64,000 nucleotides of DNA from Gammaproteobacteria bacterium (GTDB lineage Bacteria > Pseudomonadota > Gammaproteobacteria > Pseudomonadales > Pseudohongiellaceae). Under the pieces are notes generated by a model. It worked only from the letters and a program-made list of their open reading frames with translations. It had not been told where the DNA came from and made no database searches. The DNA lies in NCBI GenBank assembly GCA_002730035.1, contig PBYU01000016.1:126098-190097 (forward strand), written 5' to 3'. This document shows positions 59,555-64,000 of the stretch, in pieces. The position numbers and the translations under genes are program-made. Numbering within the stretch: the first letter of the stretch is position 1; each line of letters starts with the position of its first letter.

Positions 59555-60625
59555 ATGTCTTATCGCAATCCAATCGTATCCGTAGCCGCTCTGCTCGCAC
59601 TCGCTTCTATGTTTGTGCCGCAACAATCCGCTGCGCAGAACTCCACGAATCCGTATGCGATCGTCGAAGGGTGGGCGAAGCTGCCGGGTGGAAGGGTGAT
59701 GGGAGCAGTCGGCAAAGCGAAGGTCGACCCCGACGGGCGCCATATCTGGGCCGTTATACGTTGCGATGCCGGGCCTGATCGTTTCGGTTCGGAGTGCGTT
59801 GATTCAGACTTGGACCCCGTCTTGAAGTTTGATCCCGATGGCAACGTGGTCGAGTCCTTCGGCAGCGGAATGTTTATCTGGCCGCATGGAATTGACGTTG
59901 ACTCCAACGGCAACGTCTGGGTGACGGACGCTGTGAGTGATAACAACATTCCCGCGGGCGACGACCGAGGCCATCACGTCATCAAGTTTAGTTCTACTGG
60001 CGAAGTGCTCATGACACTTGGCACTCCTGGAGAACAGGGAGACGGCCCGAACCACTACACTTCCCCGAGTGATGTGGCAGTCGCGTCTAACGGCGACGTG
60101 TTCATAGCGGACGGCCACAACGCGAACGGAAACAACCGAGTGGTGAAGTACAACAGCCGTGGCGAATTCCTCATGTCTTGGGGAGAGACTGGCTACGCCC
60201 CGGGACAGTTCCGCGCCCTACACGCCATCGCCATTGATCCAGATGGTCGAGTGTTCGTGGGAGATCGCAGCAACAGCCGAATTCAAATCTTCGACCAAGA
60301 GGGCAACCACTCTGCCACCTGGACCCAATTCGGGCGCCCGAGCGGAATCGCCTTTGACGACGAAGGGCGGATCTACGTCGCGGACTCCGAGTCGGACAAC
60401 GTACAGAATCCAGGGTATGAAATGGGAATTCGTATCGGCGAAGTTGAGACGGGATGGGTGAAGGAGTTCATTCGCTTCCCATGGGCGAATCCCAACATCC
60501 TACCGGGGAACGGAGCGGAGTTCGTCACCGTCGATAGCGAAGGCAACATTTACGGAGGAGAGCCCGTCCCCAACCCTCATCTTAATGACCGAACGCTCAG
60601 GAAGTACGTGCGAGTGCGACCCTGA
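59555..60625 (+). CDS. Secreted NHL-repeat six-bladed beta-propeller protein (diverged paralogue of 698-1765)
   Basis: It has the same length class and blade motifs as the first copy (GNVWVTDAV, GDVFIADGH, VFVGDRSNSRIQIFD, RIYVADSES) and a signal peptide. Confidence 0.8.
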   Translation: MSYRNPIVSVAALLALASMFVPQQSAAQNSTNPYAIVEGWAKLPGGRVMGAVGKAKVDPDGRHIWAVIRCDAGPDRFGSECVDSDLDPVLKFDPDGNVVESFGSGMFIWPHGIDVDSNGNVWVTDAVSDNNIPAGDDRGHHVIKFSSTGEVLMTLGTPGEQGDGPNHYTSPSDVAVASNGDVFIADGHNANGNNRVVKYNSRGEFLMSWGETGYAPGQFRALHAIAIDPDGRVFVGDRSNSRIQIFDQEGNHSATWTQFGRPSGIAFDDEGRIYVADSESDNVQNPGYEMGIRIGEVETGWVKEFIRFPWANPNILPGNGAEFVTVDSEGNIYGGEPVPNPHLNDRTLRKYVRVRP

Positions 60626-61005
60626 GCGATGGTCCACCTCGATCTGGTGTGCTGCAATGCCGTAAGGAGAAGGGCGCCCGGGCTGCTTCATAGTCGCCTC
60701 CTTGGCACCACCCCCGGCCCATACGAAGTCGTCGCAAGGTTGGCGAAAGCGGCATGGGAGAGGTGTATGGCACAGTACGACCAAGACATCCAAGTTTGAA
60801 GGAGTCCCAATGCGTCTGATATATGCGGTCGTGGTGCAGAGCGCAGCGATGGTGTCCAGTTCTCCGTATAGTGCAGAAATGGTGTCAGGGGCGGAATAGA
60901 ATGTATATTAAAATCAATAACTTAGAGGAAATAATAGTATTTACCTGCCATCTTACCTACCATAAAATGATTTCAGATTTACTTTTACCACACCCCCCTG
61001 TTTTC

Positions 61006-61108
61006 TAGTAACCGCCCAGTCAGCACACCCACCCCCTGGGCACCACCCACTTGTCCAAGCAGGTTCCATCTCGGACTATTACATATTATATTGGACGAAC
61101 GGTTAATT
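61006..61108 (+). repeat. Copy B (inverted relative to A and C) of the attC-/MITE-like repeat family
   Basis: It runs TAGTAACCG...GGGCACCACCCACTTGTCC...GGTTCCATC...TATTACATATTAT..TGGACGAACGGTTAATT. The GTTAATT end lies 154 nt upstream of the esterase ATG. Confidence 0.7.
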
Positions 61109-61262
61109 AATTCTGAGGTGTTTCCTGACACTAAACAGAGTATCTTCTGGGTATGAATATAAACAAACTAACCAAATTCCTCAGCCCTATCTGTAGCTTT
61201 CGTCGCGATGAAAGCTTTATAAAAAAACTACTAACAACATTCAAGTAGCCAGGAAGCTAATA

Positions 61263-62030
61263 ATGAAGAAAACCCGATTCTTGCCATTCATACTGTTGCT
61301 GTTAAGCACTGGAACGCTCAATGCACAGTCAGCGGAAACTGGATTTCTCAACAGAAGCATCTCTCTGGATGGTGTGGAATATCGATATCAAGTGTATGTT
61401 CCATACAATTACACTGCAGCTGAAGAGTGGCCCGTTACACTTTTTCTGCATGGTGCGGGAGAGCGGGGTTCAGATGGTCTGAAACAGACTCAAGTTGGGC
61501 TGGGTAGGGCGATTCGGCTTAACCCGGAACGGTGGCAGACTCTCGCGGTTTTCCCGCAAGTGCCTGCGGGTGAATCCTGGCAGGGAGTGGCTGGAGATGT
61601 TGCTATGGCAGCGCTGGATGTCACCATTGCAGAGTTTTCGGTAGATGCCGAACGGCTGTACCTAACCGGCCTCTCACTTGGTGGTAATGGGACCTGGTAC
61701 CTAGGCTACCATCACACAGAGCGATTTGCGGCTATGGTTGCAGTTTGTGGATTCGTGGATCTTGGGGACCGATTTCCTGGATTCTTGCCAGAGGCTGAAA
61801 ACAGTTTTGCTGCCCTGGCAGAAGACCTGTCCGATACCCCTGTGTGGATTGTGCATGGCGATGCGGATGTTGTCGTTCCTGTGGAGCAATCTCGTAAAAT
61901 GGCTGCCGCACTAGAAGCGGTTGGTACGGACATTCACTACACCGAACTGCCAGGGGTCAATCACAATTCATGGGACGCTACTTACGCAAACTCTGATCTC
62001 ATAAGCTGGCTATTTGACCAGAAGCTCTAG
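61263..62030 (+). CDS. Secreted alpha/beta-hydrolase (predicted esterase/peptidase)
   Basis: It has a signal peptide. FLHGAGERGSDG, the nucleophile elbow GLSLGG and HGDADVVVP are typical of carboxylesterase/predicted-peptidase alpha/beta hydrolases. Confidence 0.8.
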   Translation: MKKTRFLPFILLLLSTGTLNAQSAETGFLNRSISLDGVEYRYQVYVPYNYTAAEEWPVTLFLHGAGERGSDGLKQTQVGLGRAIRLNPERWQTLAVFPQVPAGESWQGVAGDVAMAALDVTIAEFSVDAERLYLTGLSLGGNGTWYLGYHHTERFAAMVAVCGFVDLGDRFPGFLPEAENSFAALAEDLSDTPVWIVHGDADVVVPVEQSRKMAAALEAVGTDIHYTELPGVNHNSWDATYANSDLISWLFDQKL

Positions 62031-62171
62031 TGAGAATTTAAAAATTGAATATAAAGGCCTGAGACACCTCCGACAGAGTATCTCTTCGCTCTAGGCTCAA
62101 CCAGATGTAAGCCATGATTTTGAACCGCGACACCGTCTAAAACTGAGTCGGGGATAATCTGACTGAAGATG

Positions 62172-62206
62172 TGCCCACCCCTTTTTGGTGAATAGAAGGG
62201 TGGGCA
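62172..62206. other. 9-bp perfect inverted repeat (TGCCCACCC / GGGTGGGCA) between convergent genes
   Basis: The arms are at 62172-62180 and 62198-62206, with a 17-nt loop. It could be a bidirectional terminator or a recombination scar, but no clean U-tract is present. Confidence 0.3.
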
Positions 62207-62226
62207 TGGCAGCTTCCATCTGAAGT

Positions 62227-62598
62227 CTAATCTGCTGGACGCACTTCCCAAAATTTGAGATCAACTTTCTTAGTCAGGATGTCTACATCCAAAATCACGA
62301 AGTTTACAGCACCGTTACTGCAAGCGTCTGCAAAGTAGACATGCGTGTTCGATTGATCCCTTCTGAAGGTTCCCATATGTGGAGTACTGATCCGTGTACC
62401 GTCCTCTAGAAAGGTGCGACCTTCCCCTACAAGTTTACCTCGAGTGCGATCTTGCGCGTTGGGAAAGCATTCATGAGTGAGGAATGGAGAACCGTACCCT
62501 TCAACCTTTCCTTCGAAATCAAAAGAGGTAGACTCTTCATTGATTGTCATCCTAGTAATTTTGAGTTTTCCGCGACCGTCTGGGTTTGAAAGATCCAT
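62227..62598 (-). CDS. Hypothetical small protein (paralogue of the 63726-64000 ORF)
   Basis: 123-aa ORF. It shares YG.., G..FLEDGT and later blocks with the ORF at the right window edge. Confidence 0.55.
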   Translation of the reverse strand: MDLSNPDGRGKLKITRMTINEESTSFDFEGKVEGYGSPFLTHECFPNAQDRTRGKLVGEGRTFLEDGTRISTPHMGTFRRDQSNTHVYFADACSNGAVNFVILDVDILTKKVDLKFWEVRPAD

Positions 62599-62719
62599 TA
62601 ATTAACTCCTAATAAGAAATGTGATTAAAACAACTACACTTGAAGATGCCGAAACACCCTCTCAAAAACTGAATACTTAATTTATCTTCGACGAAGTGTT
62701 TAAAAACCTTATCGATACT

Positions 62720-63454
62720 CTAAATGCCCCAATGAATTACATGACTTTTCCACAAGGAGAGATTTCCGCAAGTTGCAGGATCAGAAGAATTAGGTGTATT
62801 CCATGACATGGCATCCAGTCTCCTTCCCAAACCTTCCGAATTCTCGCCGATTACCCTAATGGCAAATGTAGAGTTCATATCACCTTCTTCCCCACTCGCT
62901 AAAATCTGCAGAAAACCGTAACCAGATCTATCATTACTAGCTCTGTTTTCTCCGTCAAATTCTGCAAGCGTCTGTTGAACATCTTCCATAGTTTTGCCTG
63001 GATTTAGTTGGCATTGCCGTATGGCTACGTAACTTTCCTCAATTTCGCCTCCTTCATAAGGGCTTGCTTGGTCAGGTTCATTAACTGGCCAGTTACGTCC
63101 GACTTGCCTCGTCCCACCACAGTCAACCATTGCAAAAAAATGACGGCTGGGTCCTGATTGAGATTGTGACTCTAATCCCTTTATCATATGTTCAAAATTG
63201 TCCCAGTATCTGACTACATTTATGCTTCCCGCCCTAGAAGAAGCCGCAACAATAGGTTCTCTGTAGAATACTAGGTTAGGTCCATTGTCGGTTCGCGGGA
63301 TAGCTCTTCCTACGCCAACGACTTCCTCAACTGTAAAACCTGGTTTTAAGGTACATTGCATAAACTCATTGATGTTGCCGACTTGCGCTGACGAAGAGCT
63401 CATCCAAATCATGAGGATAAAAAACGAGAGAGTTGAAGATACATAATTTTTCAT
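62720..63454 (-). CDS. Secreted hypothetical protein
   Basis: 244-aa ORF with a signal peptide (LSFFILMIWMSSSSAQ). It is AT-rich. No family recognised. Confidence 0.6.
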   Translation of the reverse strand: MKNYVSSTLSFFILMIWMSSSSAQVGNINEFMQCTLKPGFTVEEVVGVGRAIPRTDNGPNLVFYREPIVAASSRAGSINVVRYWDNFEHMIKGLESQSQSGPSRHFFAMVDCGGTRQVGRNWPVNEPDQASPYEGGEIEESYVAIRQCQLNPGKTMEDVQQTLAEFDGENRASNDRSGYGFLQILASGEEGDMNSTFAIRVIGENSEGLGRRLDAMSWNTPNSSDPATCGNLSLWKSHVIHWGI

Positions 63455-63564
63455 TATTACTTCCTTATCTTATATAAATTAATGTTTTTAAAGGGGTATC
63501 TTGAATAGTCCTCAAAAGGGATATAGCAGCCTCAGCGAGGAATTTAATCATAACGACCAGAAAT

Positions 63565-63657
63565 ACCTAACCGTTCGTCCACTATAATATGTAATAATCC
63601 GGGATGGAACCAAATAGAGCAAGTGGGGGGTGCCCCGGGGGCTGGGGTCTGCTAGGT
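63565..63657 (-). repeat. Copy C of the attC-/MITE-like repeat family
   Basis: The plus strand starts ACCTAACCGTTCGTCCAC and ends GCTAGGT. The GTTAGGT end lies 110 nt upstream of the minus-strand ATG at 63454. Confidence 0.7.
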
Positions 63658-63685
63658 AGCGAAAGATGCAGAAGGAAAAACCTAC

Positions 63686-63712
63686 AAAAAAAAGGGCCAT
63701 AAGACCCTTTTC
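63686..63712 (-). terminator. Rho-independent terminator of the 63726-64000 minus-strand ORF
   Basis: The minus-strand transcript reads AAAGGGUC-UUAU-GGCCCUUU followed by a U8 run. It starts 14 nt after the stop codon. Confidence 0.75.
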
Positions 63713-63725
63713 TGTCTTTAAAGAA

Positions 63726-64000
63726 CTACTCGTCCACAGAGTAATTTGTACCGGAAAAAATCAGGGTATCTAAATGGAGTTCTCCGACACTTCTAACTTT
63801 TGTTCCATCACTGATCTGAATTACGTAGTCAGTTTCCCAAATATGCTCTCCGGGCTTTTTGCTCCATTGTCCGGATCCAGATCCAGCAAGACCAGTGCCG
63901 TCTTCCAGGAACGCTTGCCCAATCCATTTGACGGGTCCGCCTTCAAGACTATCGTTCATTTCCATCAGTGGTGTAGGCCCAAAGATCAGAGTGCCATAGA
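63726..64000 (-). CDS. Hypothetical small protein, 5' end outside the window (paralogue of 62227-62598)
   Basis: The frame stays open upstream of Met 63965 to the window edge (..YGTLIFGPTPLMEMND..). It shares the GQAFLEDGT block with the 123-aa ORF. Confidence 0.5.
   Translation of the reverse strand, partial: YGTLIFGPTPLMEMNDSLEGGPVKWIGQAFLEDGTGLAGSGSGQWSKKPGEHIWETDYVIQISDGTKVRSVGELHLDTLIFSGTNYSVDE

Noticed and set aside
59366-59743. 125-aa minus-strand ORF. Other short ORFs lie around the second NHL gene (59397-59585, 60500-60793, 60702-60899).
   Set aside because: They overlap the NHL gene or each other and have no recognisable features. The NHL frame has strong family support.
55532-64000. 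Calling the right-hand 8.5 kb a defined genomic island or integron.
   Set aside because: No integrase, transposase or conjugation gene is present in the window. No matching attL/attR pair was found, and the repeat copies are not co-oriented as in a classical integron array. I report it as cassette-like accessory DNA only.

Overview
This is a 64 kb chromosomal segment with gammaproteobacterial-type gene content (prfC, tgt-yajC-secD-secF, hisC, rimI, an mltD-like gene). It holds about 55 credible protein genes and one tRNA-Thr(UGU). I saw no rRNA, CRISPR array, transposase, integrase or phage genes.

**1-40.6 kb: mostly housekeeping and metabolic genes.** These include a thioredoxin-like protein, an NHL propeller, rhodanese, VOC, aldo-keto reductase, a NucA-like nuclease, FAH, an SLC13 permease, acyl-CoA synthetase and dehydrogenase, quinone oxidoreductase, SDR, GST and NUDIX. 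Embedded in this stretch are:
- an Anbu (proteasome-like) / circularly permuted ATP-grasp / alpha-E / zincin cluster at 9.5-13.6 kb;
- a broken GAF-GspE-type ATPase gene at 21.3-23.6 kb;
- a 540-bp AT-rich spacer with DnaA boxes and clustered GATC at 24.7-25.2 kb;
- a G-domain-less CysN remnant fused to APS kinase;
- a GTDC1/QTMAN-type glycosyltransferase close to tgt.

**40.9-55.5 kb: one tightly packed eight-gene operon.** It is built around MoxR AAA+, DUF58 and vWA proteins (Bat-like). It also carries DUF4175, DUF4159, a legumain (C13)-like protein with Ser where the catalytic Cys is expected, and a secreted TPR-zincin. This is my best candidate for a functionally uncharacterised multi-protein system.

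**55.5-64 kb: visibly AT-richer accessory DNA.** It contains phased hexamer repeats, a frameshifted acyltransferase-3 gene and tRNA-Thr with a duplicated 5' fragment. It also has small cassette-like genes separated by three copies of a 93-103 bp attC-/MITE-like repeat.

All family assignments come from reading motifs by eye. No database search was run.
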